The translations under genes and the position numbers were made by a program. Under the pieces are notes generated by a model that saw only the letters and a list, made by a program, of their open reading frames with translations, made no database searches and was not told the origin of the DNA. DNA of 64,000 bases from Candidatus Bathyarchaeia archaeon (GTDB lineage: Archaea; Thermoproteota; Bathyarchaeia; Bathyarchaeales; Bathycorpusculaceae). Every line of letters starts with the position of its first letter. The first letter of the stretch is position 1. Below are positions 56,787 through 64,000 of this stretch, piece after piece. Location: contig JBEKXL010000005.1 in the NCBI GenBank assembly GCA_049512075.1, positions 1 to 64,000 on the forward strand. The letters are read 5' to 3'.

Positions 56787-57596
56787 ATGAAAAAAGAAGG
56801 GAATAACGTGTCTCAAGTTGGCAAAATCCTTCGAATGGGCCGAATATTCGATGAGAAAACCAACAGAACGCTTATTGTAGCTATGGACCACGGCCTGTTC
56901 ATGGGGCCCGTGAAGGGGCTGGAAAAACCCCTCGAAGTCGCCAGAAAAGCGTTGAAAAGTGGTGCAAACGCTCTGGTAGTCACCCCCGGTGTATGCCGTT
57001 TGATCGCTGGAGAAGTAAGAGGCAAGGCCGGAATCATACTTCGAATTGACGGGGCAACCACGGCGTATGGGCCTGATTTTTTTGACGTCCGCAGAATTGC
57101 CAGCGTCAAAGACGCTGCAAGAATGGGTGCAGATGCCGTTATCGCCATGGGATACATGGGAACTCTGAAAGAGAATGAAACCCTGGCAAACCTCAGTCTC
57201 ATCGCCCGTGAATGCGAAGAATTCGGCGTGCCACTCGTGGCAGAGATGATCCCCGTTCAATGTGAAAAAATCAAAGATCCGTACGACGCCGAAATCGTCA
57301 GTCTCGCGGCCCGCGTGGGGGCTGAAATCGGAGCGGACTTGATCAAGACTCACTACACTGGAACTGAAGGCACCTTCAGAGAAGTTGTCAAGGGTTGTCC
57401 GGTGCCCATAGTCATCGCTGGGGGCCCAAAGATGAAAACCGCAGAACAAGCGCTGAAAGTGGCGAAGGAGGCCGTCAACGCGGGAGCAGTCGGAGTGGCT
57501 TTCGGGCGCAACGTGTGGCAGCATGAGAACCCAGAGGCTATGACAAAAGCGATAGCCAAGGTTGTGCATGGAAAAGCTCGATCCAAGAGGCTCTGA
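56787..57596 (+). CDS. Class I aldolase (DhnA/LsrF/ADH-synthase family)
   Basis: AMDHG, GADLIKTHYTG, IAGGPK, GRNVWQ. Confidence 0.88.
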   Translation: MKKEGNNVSQVGKILRMGRIFDEKTNRTLIVAMDHGLFMGPVKGLEKPLEVARKALKSGANALVVTPGVCRLIAGEVRGKAGIILRIDGATTAYGPDFFDVRRIASVKDAARMGADAVIAMGYMGTLKENETLANLSLIARECEEFGVPLVAEMIPVQCEKIKDPYDAEIVSLAARVGAEIGADLIKTHYTGTEGTFREVVKGCPVPIVIAGGPKMKTAEQALKVAKEAVNAGAVGVAFGRNVWQHENPEAMTKAIAKVVHGKARSKRL

Positions 57597-57676
57597 AAGG
57601 GTTTGTAGAAAGAACAGCAGAGTGCCAGGTCGTCTCGGAGCGGGAAGCCAGTCTTGCAAGTCCGTGCGCTCGCTTT

Positions 57677-59161
57677 CTATTTTATGGGTTTTTCGGCTAG
57701 GCAGTATTTGCATCTGCTCGGCATCAGTTTTGCTGAAGGACATTGTTTGCAGTAGAAGAATGGAAGGTAAGGCTTTTGCGGTTCCAAGGCGATGAGTTCA
57801 GTGCCGTACAGGCATATCATGGGATCACTGTACAGGTGAAAAGGGTCGTCTGCAAACCGAAGCAATCCACTGAAACGTGCCGTGATGGGACATTCTGGCC
57901 ATGAGTATCTCTGCGGATTCTTCAAGACTTCATTGTCATCTATGGGCTGAAGGTCGATTTTGACGCCGTGAATTTGACCGCCCAGACCAGTCGGAGGCTT
58001 CTCAATCAAGTGTTCTCCCTGAGATAGGAAGCTGACGAATTCATCGTTCATGCATTCATACTCGAACTTTTTAGGATTTTCGAGAAGTAGGTTGAAGTAT
58101 CTTCTCATGAACAGGTCGTTCACCATTTCCGACGTGAACCCGTCAAGCCGCATTATGTGTGCAGCTCCGGCGGCTGTTACCTCCCACGTTGGTATTTCTG
58201 AAGGGTTGCCGAGCTTTCCGTTCTTTTCCGCTCTTTTGATTGTGCTTTCATAGGCTTCTGTCAGGCTCTCAAGGATGGCCATTTCAATGTCGCCCTTGCA
58301 TAGGTTGTAAGTGGTTTGAGAGACGTGGTGGAAGTCTCCGGCAGCCCAGAATGGAATCAAGCTGAGGTTTGCGTAGTGTACGCCTGCCTCAGCAGCCTTA
58401 ACGGTTGCATCGAAAATTCGGTCCTTAAACATCGTCATGCATTTCTCGTAGTCGAAGGATTTTTGTCCCGTTTCTTTCATTAGCTGAACTTGCGTTGCGA
58501 TTGGGTTTAGCCACATTTCTTTCATTCTTTCTTTCTCAGCCTCAGCCGCTTTGTGGACATCGTTGGTGTCCGCTAGTACGGTGAGAAACTTTGAACCGAA
58601 CATTACGCTGTAACTGGTGTTGCGTGCCGCCGATACCGCGTTGATGAAAGCCCATTTGTACTCAGTTTTCATCGGAAGGTTGTCAATGATTCTTCTGAGC
58701 AGGTTTGAGAATGAGCCGGGAGTGGCCACATAATCTGCAATCCACGACGGCCCATAGCGACCGCAAAACCGGGCCAGAACTTCCTCCGTGATCAAGTCGG
58801 TGGACTTGTCAACAGCTTCGGCGACCTTTAAGGAGGCGCGCTTGAAATCTCGGTCGAACTCGTACAGGATTTCAAAAACCGCCGTCGTCTGATAGTGTTC
58901 CAGCCAAGGCTCATCTTCAGGACGCACATAGTCCGTGAGGCTGCTGATAACATCGTACGCGGCCTTCGCTGAAACCGAATAGAGGTCAAAAACGTCCTTC
59001 GACTGTTTCCCGCAGGGGACAAAGCGCTCCTTCGCATGAAGCATCGGCTGCCAATCACTTACCTTAAACCGTCCACCACGCTCCTTTTTGACTGTGTCCA
59101 CCCATGCCTTCTGGATGCTCAAGATTTCATCCGCGATTTTTTCAGCCAATTTACCTCTCAT
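57677..59161 (-). CDS. DUF2193-like protein
   Basis: RFCGRYGPSWIADYVATPGSFSN, GDFHHVSQTTYNLCK, PQRYSWPECPITARFS.L.RFAD, C-terminal CKQC...CKYC. Confidence 0.7.
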   Translation of the reverse strand: MRGKLAEKIADEILSIQKAWVDTVKKERGGRFKVSDWQPMLHAKERFVPCGKQSKDVFDLYSVSAKAAYDVISSLTDYVRPEDEPWLEHYQTTAVFEILYEFDRDFKRASLKVAEAVDKSTDLITEEVLARFCGRYGPSWIADYVATPGSFSNLLRRIIDNLPMKTEYKWAFINAVSAARNTSYSVMFGSKFLTVLADTNDVHKAAEAEKERMKEMWLNPIATQVQLMKETGQKSFDYEKCMTMFKDRIFDATVKAAEAGVHYANLSLIPFWAAGDFHHVSQTTYNLCKGDIEMAILESLTEAYESTIKRAEKNGKLGNPSEIPTWEVTAAGAAHIMRLDGFTSEMVNDLFMRRYFNLLLENPKKFEYECMNDEFVSFLSQGEHLIEKPPTGLGGQIHGVKIDLQPIDDNEVLKNPQRYSWPECPITARFSGLLRFADDPFHLYSDPMICLYGTELIALEPQKPYLPFFYCKQCPSAKLMPSRCKYCLAEKPIK

Positions 59162-59335
59162 AGGCGAACCTCGTTTCAAACTCAGCCCTCTATCTACACG
59201 CGCGTCTTCACGCGTGTTTGAATTGCGTCTGTGATCCTTCATAAATATTGTCATACATCAAACACACTCTTCCGATAGGCTCAGAACGGCATTCTCTGAG
59301 TTGAAAAAGTATTATTAGTGACTCATTAACCTTGG

Positions 59336-60127
59336 ATGAGGCTGGAGGGATTCTCGGTGCGTCAAGGAGAACTAAGGGGCAGCGTGGCCTTGGTTACCGG
59401 AGCTGGGTCTGGGATTGGACGTGCCATTGCTGTTCTTTTCGCTTGTGAAGCTGCGAAAGTGGCTGTTGCTGATGTGAGTGAAGGTGACGGAAAGAATACA
59501 GTCGAGCTCATCAAGAAAGAGGGTGGGGACGCGATTTTTGTCCAAGGAGACGTATCCAAGTCTACTAGTGTCAAGAGAATGGTCGAAGCAACTGTTGAAA
59601 AATACGGGAAGCTTAACGTACTCGTTAACAATGCGGGAGTCGAATCCACAGGCTCTGTCGTGGAGGTTACGGAGGAGAACTGGGACAAGGTCATCGATAT
59701 CAACTTGAAAGGCACTTTTCTCTGCTCAAAGTACTGCGCGCCAAGAATAATTGAAAGTGGGGGCGGTGCGATTATCAACATTGCCTCAGTGCTGGGTCTG
59801 GTAGGTTCTAAAGGTGAAGCTGCTTATTGCGCCTCAAAGGGGGGCATGATATCGCTTACGAGAGCCATGGCATTGGATTTCGCTTCCGAGAATGTCCGTG
59901 TGAACTGCATCTGTCCAGGCTCTGTCCTCACTCCGACGTTTAAACGAGTGATGATTGCTTCAGGAGACTATGACATCGCATTTGCCCGAAACCTGGAAAA
60001 GATACCGCTTAGACGCGTCGCAGCTCCTGAAGAAATCGCCCAAGCAGCACTGTTCTTGGCGTCGGAGAAATCTTCCTATATGACTGGAGCCGCCTTGGTA
60101 ATGGATGGCGGGTGGTCAACATCTTAG
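59336..60127 (+). CDS. Short-chain dehydrogenase/reductase
   Basis: TGAGSGIG, NNAG, YCASK, VNCICPG, DGG. Confidence 0.92.
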   Translation: MRLEGFSVRQGELRGSVALVTGAGSGIGRAIAVLFACEAAKVAVADVSEGDGKNTVELIKKEGGDAIFVQGDVSKSTSVKRMVEATVEKYGKLNVLVNNAGVESTGSVVEVTEENWDKVIDINLKGTFLCSKYCAPRIIESGGGAIINIASVLGLVGSKGEAAYCASKGGMISLTRAMALDFASENVRVNCICPGSVLTPTFKRVMIASGDYDIAFARNLEKIPLRRVAAPEEIAQAALFLASEKSSYMTGAALVMDGGWSTS

Positions 60128-60144
60128 GCAAAAGGTGAAGTCAC

Positions 60145-61239
60145 TTAGAAAATGGTTTTCTCAGTCGCTTTGTCAAAAATGTGAATACGCTGGTCGTTAA
60201 ACTTCACAAAGACTTTTTCTCCTTCTTCGAATCTGAAGAGAGGATCAACTTTTGCTGTGATTATGGATGACCCGATTTCTAGGCTTGCGTATCCGGTGTC
60301 TCCGAAATGTTGGAAAAGCCAGACTTTGGCTTCAACTGCGCCTTTGGACTGTTCTTTGTTCACGTAAACGTGTTCGGGTCTGATGCCCATCACTGCGTCG
60401 CGCTCAGTGAACTTTTTCTCTTTCATTGAGTCTCTGCTGCTTTCAGAGATTTCCATTTGGAACGCGCCAGTTTCCACGTATGGCTCACCGTTCTTTTCCA
60501 ATAAGTGGCAATCAACGAAATTCATGACTGGTATGCCCACGAACGTAGCGACGAACTTGTTGATTGGGTGATCGTAAATGTTCAGCGGCTTGTCAATTTG
60601 ATGCAGCAAACCGTCCTTCATAACGGCTATTCTGTCAGCAAGCACCATTGCTTCAGCCTGGTCATGAGTGACATAAACCGTGGTCGTTTTCAGCCTTTCG
60701 TGCAGCTTCTTCAATTCGCCTCTCATCTTGATTCTCAGGATCGCGTCTATGTTTGAAAGTGGCTCGTCCAAAAGGTAGATGGAAGGCTTCCTGATTGCCG
60801 CCCTGGCTAAAGCGACACGTTGTCTTTGTCCTCCGCTGAGTTGGCCAGGCCTGCGTTCCATGAGGTCACCAATCTGAAGTAGATCCGCCGTTTCCTGGGC
60901 TCTCTTCTTAATCTCTTCTTTCGGAACATTTGTGACTTGGAGGCATAGAGTGATGTTGTCATAAACTGACATGTGTGGATAAAGAGCATAGTCCTGGAAA
61001 ACCATGGCAACTTTTCGTTCCTTCGGTTCAAGGTCAGTCACCCGTTTTTCATCAAAGAAGATGTCTCCGCTCGTCGGTTGCTCTAGTCCTGCAATCATCC
61101 TGAGGGTCGTTGTTTTACCGCATCCAGAAGGTCCAAGCAGAACAAGGAACTCGCCGTCCTCTATCTCAAGGTTCAACTCGTCGACAGCCTTCACTTTCTT
61201 GAAGTGTTTGCAGAGATCCTTAAGGGTTATTTTTACCAA
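60145..61239 (-). CDS. Sugar ABC transporter ATP-binding protein (MalK/MsmX type)
   Basis: GPSGCGKTT, VFQDYALYPH, LSGGQRQR, DEPLSN, VTHDQ, TOBE domain. Confidence 0.93.
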   Translation of the reverse strand: MVKITLKDLCKHFKKVKAVDELNLEIEDGEFLVLLGPSGCGKTTTLRMIAGLEQPTSGDIFFDEKRVTDLEPKERKVAMVFQDYALYPHMSVYDNITLCLQVTNVPKEEIKKRAQETADLLQIGDLMERRPGQLSGGQRQRVALARAAIRKPSIYLLDEPLSNIDAILRIKMRGELKKLHERLKTTTVYVTHDQAEAMVLADRIAVMKDGLLHQIDKPLNIYDHPINKFVATFVGIPVMNFVDCHLLEKNGEPYVETGAFQMEISESSRDSMKEKKFTERDAVMGIRPEHVYVNKEQSKGAVEAKVWLFQHFGDTGYASLEIGSSIITAKVDPLFRFEEGEKVFVKFNDQRIHIFDKATEKTIF

Positions 61240-61293
61240 CTATTTTCACACGTTGTTTAGCTTTTGTTGGTAACCATGATTCTTTTCTGTTTC

Positions 61294-62301
61294 TTAAGGT
61301 TTGCCCATGACATTGTGAACCCGCGGATTCTGTGCTTTGCTCAGTCTGAGGCATTTTCTTATCGTTAAGGGATTCACTTTGCCGGCCTCACATATTTCCC
61401 CTGTCTTCAGGTTGTTTATCATAACCTGGGCTGGTCGAAAGATACCGGGGTAGCCGGGGATTTTCCTGAAATCGTTTTTTGCATGTTTCAGCAATTCTGA
61501 AAAGGTTTTTCCATAGATAGGGGTGGACTCAAACACTAGTTCCTTCGCAAGTCTGTGTATGTCTTCATTGTCTGGCTCTATGGTCATGTACACTGTTCCA
61601 CCATAGCAAAGGAAATCATCTGGAAACGTCTTCATCTCGTCCGATGGACAGACGGGAACTATCGGAGCTGTTCCAACCATTTGTCTGACTTTTCTCACAT
61701 CATAGTGGAGAATTTCCCACATTGTGAATGTAACATCCTCTATTGCTCGGCCTGCAATCTGGGTCGCGCCTGCGATGCTTCGTAGGGGAGTAATGAGCAT
61801 GAACAAGGACGCAGGATCAATATTGCATTCCACAGCGATTCTTTTGGACAACTGCACGGAAGGCAGGTCGTCCATTTGAAGTACTATCACGCCGACCCTG
61901 GAATCGTCATTAACATCCAGCATGTCAAAGAGTTCCTTAGGCTTCTGCGCCAGAACTCTTGCAGGACCAGAGGCAATTGAGGTTGTTTCTTTCTGTTTAA
62001 GCAAGGGATAGCCCGCTTGGACGCCCAAAGTAGCAATAGCAGGCGAGTCTGTCATTACTGTTGCTGCGGGGAGTATCAGGTCTCCGAGTTGTACCATGGT
62101 CAACGATGCCTTGCCAAGTCCACCGAGACAGATCTCGATGATCAGCCTGCCAACTTCAAACCCTCCTCGTGCATGGACTCCACAATCCAATATGGTGGCT
62201 CCACTGTCCGACATTGTGACTACTACACCGAACTTCTCGGGGCACTCCAGAATTCCGTTAACTATCCTGAAAGAAATTTCATTCACTTTTATTCTAGGCA
62301 T
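61294..62301 (-). CDS. mch: Methenyl-H4MPT cyclohydrolase-like protein, paralogue 2
   Basis: IKVNE, GATILDCGV, EICLGGLG, ASGPARVL, QIAGRAIE, YGKTF, PAQVMINNLKTG. Confidence 0.85.
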   Translation of the reverse strand: MPRIKVNEISFRIVNGILECPEKFGVVVTMSDSGATILDCGVHARGGFEVGRLIIEICLGGLGKASLTMVQLGDLILPAATVMTDSPAIATLGVQAGYPLLKQKETTSIASGPARVLAQKPKELFDMLDVNDDSRVGVIVLQMDDLPSVQLSKRIAVECNIDPASLFMLITPLRSIAGATQIAGRAIEDVTFTMWEILHYDVRKVRQMVGTAPIVPVCPSDEMKTFPDDFLCYGGTVYMTIEPDNEDIHRLAKELVFESTPIYGKTFSELLKHAKNDFRKIPGYPGIFRPAQVMINNLKTGEICEAGKVNPLTIRKCLRLSKAQNPRVHNVMGKP

Positions 62302-62311
62302 GTTGAATTCA

Positions 62312-63274
62312 TCAGGTTTCTTGCGCGTACTTGGGATCGGAGGTCTCATGCGAGTTTTCAACGAGTTCTCGCAGGTATATCTTGTTTTTCCCCCAGAGAC
62401 CTCCTTGGTTGAAGCTGCTTATTCCTGTTATTCCTTGTATTCTTGTGATCGTGTCCAAGGAGACTCTCAAGCCCTTTTTCACGGTTTCCAGGTCTAGACT
62501 CCAGACCAGATACTCAATAACAGTGTTGACTCCTAGAGGAACTCTAGTTTCCGCGATCCTGTTACGGATAGTCGGGCACAAGAAAGTCGTGCTTGTCGCT
62601 TTTTCGTTTGTGTAATTAACGCCTCCAATTTTCGCTCCATTCAAACCTCCAAACGGGTGCATCACAAAGGCTCCATCAACCTCATCTTGAACCCTCTCGG
62701 CTGCGGCTCTGGTTGCCAATAGAGCGCAAGAAATGTCCTGACAGAAGAGTTCAAACGCACCATCAAAACTTGTGGTTAATCCAAAGGATTTCTCGACTAT
62801 CGATTCGCCACTCATCACTGGAATGCGGTATATTTTTCTTCCTTCGAGCTGGTCTTCCGTCTCGTAGCCGTCGCCCCAGCGCCTGACCGTTTCGCCCGAG
62901 TTCGTTGTAGCAAGTGTTTTTCTTTTCGGGACTGCGTTGAAAACTGCAACTGTAGGCATGTGTGGAGTTTGGCAGAGCATGTTGGTGAATGCGTCTTCAA
63001 ACATTTTCCTTCCGTCTTCAGTTTCAATGCTCATGCTTCTATTTCCTCGCAGAAGGACAAGGAAGCCTGGTCTCCTATCAGGGGTTTTCGTTGGCGATAC
63101 AGAGTTGCCCAGAAAGCCTTCGATCGGCGAGAAGGTTATGATTCCCCTGCACAGTCGTTGAGCGTTGGCCAGCGCAGCTTCTCTTGTGAGGCTGGTTACG
63201 AGGATTTCGGAGGATATTATTTCGCTGGATTCTATGTAAGTGTCTTCGATGTCCACGCCATTGATCTTCAGCAT
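62312..63274 (-). CDS. ftr: Formylmethanofuran:H4MPT formyltransferase-like protein, divergent
   Basis: KINGVDIEDTY, TPDRRPG, WGDGYE, RIPVMSGE, LCPTI, VIEYLV, FNQGGLWGKNKIYL. Confidence 0.8.
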   Translation of the reverse strand: MLKINGVDIEDTYIESSEIISSEILVTSLTREAALANAQRLCRGIITFSPIEGFLGNSVSPTKTPDRRPGFLVLLRGNRSMSIETEDGRKMFEDAFTNMLCQTPHMPTVAVFNAVPKRKTLATTNSGETVRRWGDGYETEDQLEGRKIYRIPVMSGESIVEKSFGLTTSFDGAFELFCQDISCALLATRAAAERVQDEVDGAFVMHPFGGLNGAKIGGVNYTNEKATSTTFLCPTIRNRIAETRVPLGVNTVIEYLVWSLDLETVKKGLRVSLDTITRIQGITGISSFNQGGLWGKNKIYLRELVENSHETSDPKYAQET

Positions 63275-63309
63275 CAGATTGCAGGTCCGTGGTGGTTGGT
63301 GCTCACGTT

Positions 63310-64000
63310 TTACCAAGGATTGCTCATGAGTCTTCCAATAATGTCTTTGTGAACTCTGCCAGCCTTGTGCATCCTTCCTGTCCTAGTGTCGCTTATAGCG
63401 AACTCTCCAATTATGAAACCAAGTCCTTCTTTGGCGAGCTTGTGCAAATCCAACGTCGGATCGATGTACTTCTTTTCTTCCACTGCCATGTGATAGAATG
63501 ATGTGCCGAAGGTGTTCGGATAGTTCTCTATTACTGATTCCTTAACCATCGTCCCGAAATCCTCTCCTTCTTCTGAACGAACCCAACAGTGAACTGTACC
63601 GCCATATCTGATCATGTCATCGGGCCAGCTGCAAGGTTGCTGCAGAGCTTTCGGCGAAACCGGCGAAATCGGTGTGGTTCCCATAACGTTCTCTATGCGA
63701 CGATAAGGAATCTTGTAATATTCAGTGAGTCGCCAGAACATGTCTTCCACACCCCGCGAGGAGGTTTGAGTGGTTCCCGTTATGCTGTCTGTGGGAATGA
63801 CAACCAAGTATAGATTTTTCGGGTCGATTCTGCACCTCTTTGCGATGATTTTTGAGAATTCTTCATCTGGAAGACCGTCCATGCGTGAACGTGTTTGGAC
63901 CAAGAGGACCGCGTTGTCAGGGTGAGGATCTTCGTAGGGCCATTTCTCAAATATCTTGGCTGGTTCTTGAGCTATAGCCTTCGCCGGTCCTGATATCCAG
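63310..64000 (-). CDS. mch: Methenyl-H4MPT cyclohydrolase-like protein, paralogue 3 (5'-truncated by window edge)
   Basis: Frame is open to the window end: WISGPAKAIAQEPAKIFE...QTSSRGVE...PDDMIRYGG...FGTSF...SDTRTG. Confidence 0.8.
   Translation of the reverse strand, partial: WISGPAKAIAQEPAKIFEKWPYEDPHPDNAVLLVQTRSRMDGLPDEEFSKIIAKRCRIDPKNLYLVVIPTDSITGTTQTSSRGVEDMFWRLTEYYKIPYRRIENVMGTTPISPVSPKALQQPCSWPDDMIRYGGTVHCWVRSEEGEDFGTMVKESVIENYPNTFGTSFYHMAVEEKKYIDPTLDLHKLAKEGLGFIIGEFAISDTRTGRMHKAGRVHKDIIGRLMSNPW

Noticed and set aside
56784-57743. 319-aa antisense ORF
   Set aside because: Shadow of the class I aldolase gene.
1-64000. CRISPR arrays, rRNA, prophage or defence genes
   Set aside because: No regularly spaced repeats or recognisable hallmark sequences seen.
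51011-64000. Interpretation as evidence of methanogenesis
   Set aside because: No mcr, mtr, fwd or mtd genes in the window; the mch/ftr/mer-like genes are divergent and sit among catabolic genes.

Overview
Archaeal chromosomal segment. The gene set (TFE, aMBF1, NAC, aTrm56, archaeal ThrRS/ProRS, EndoQ, four tungsten aldehyde oxidoreductases, H4MPT-enzyme paralogues, intron-containing tRNA) resembles Bathyarchaeia; this is inference, no database search was run. Positions 1-44.5 kb are mostly housekeeping and peptide-fermentation genes. They also contain several decayed genes, a ~1.05 kb internally deleted IS6-like element carrying a cargo gene, a tRNA-Glu(CTC) with two introns, a five-repeat pilin-like surface protein and a soluble PAS/GAF histidine kinase. 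The most striking region is 44.6-64 kb, which continues past the window end. It is a catabolic island with three divergent methenyl-H4MPT cyclohydrolase (Mch) paralogues sharing a non-canonical 'PDD' motif, a divergent Ftr, a Mer-like LLM reductase and a DUF2193-like protein. These are interleaved with an SsnA-like amidohydrolase, a DHOD/PreA-like flavoprotein lacking the catalytic Cys loop, two AORs, sugar kinases, a Zn-dehydrogenase, a class I aldolase, an SDR and a sugar ABC ATPase. It looks like methanogenesis-type C1 enzymes repurposed for degrading a sugar-linked heterocycle or a C1-releasing sugar. All product calls come from recognising motifs by eye.
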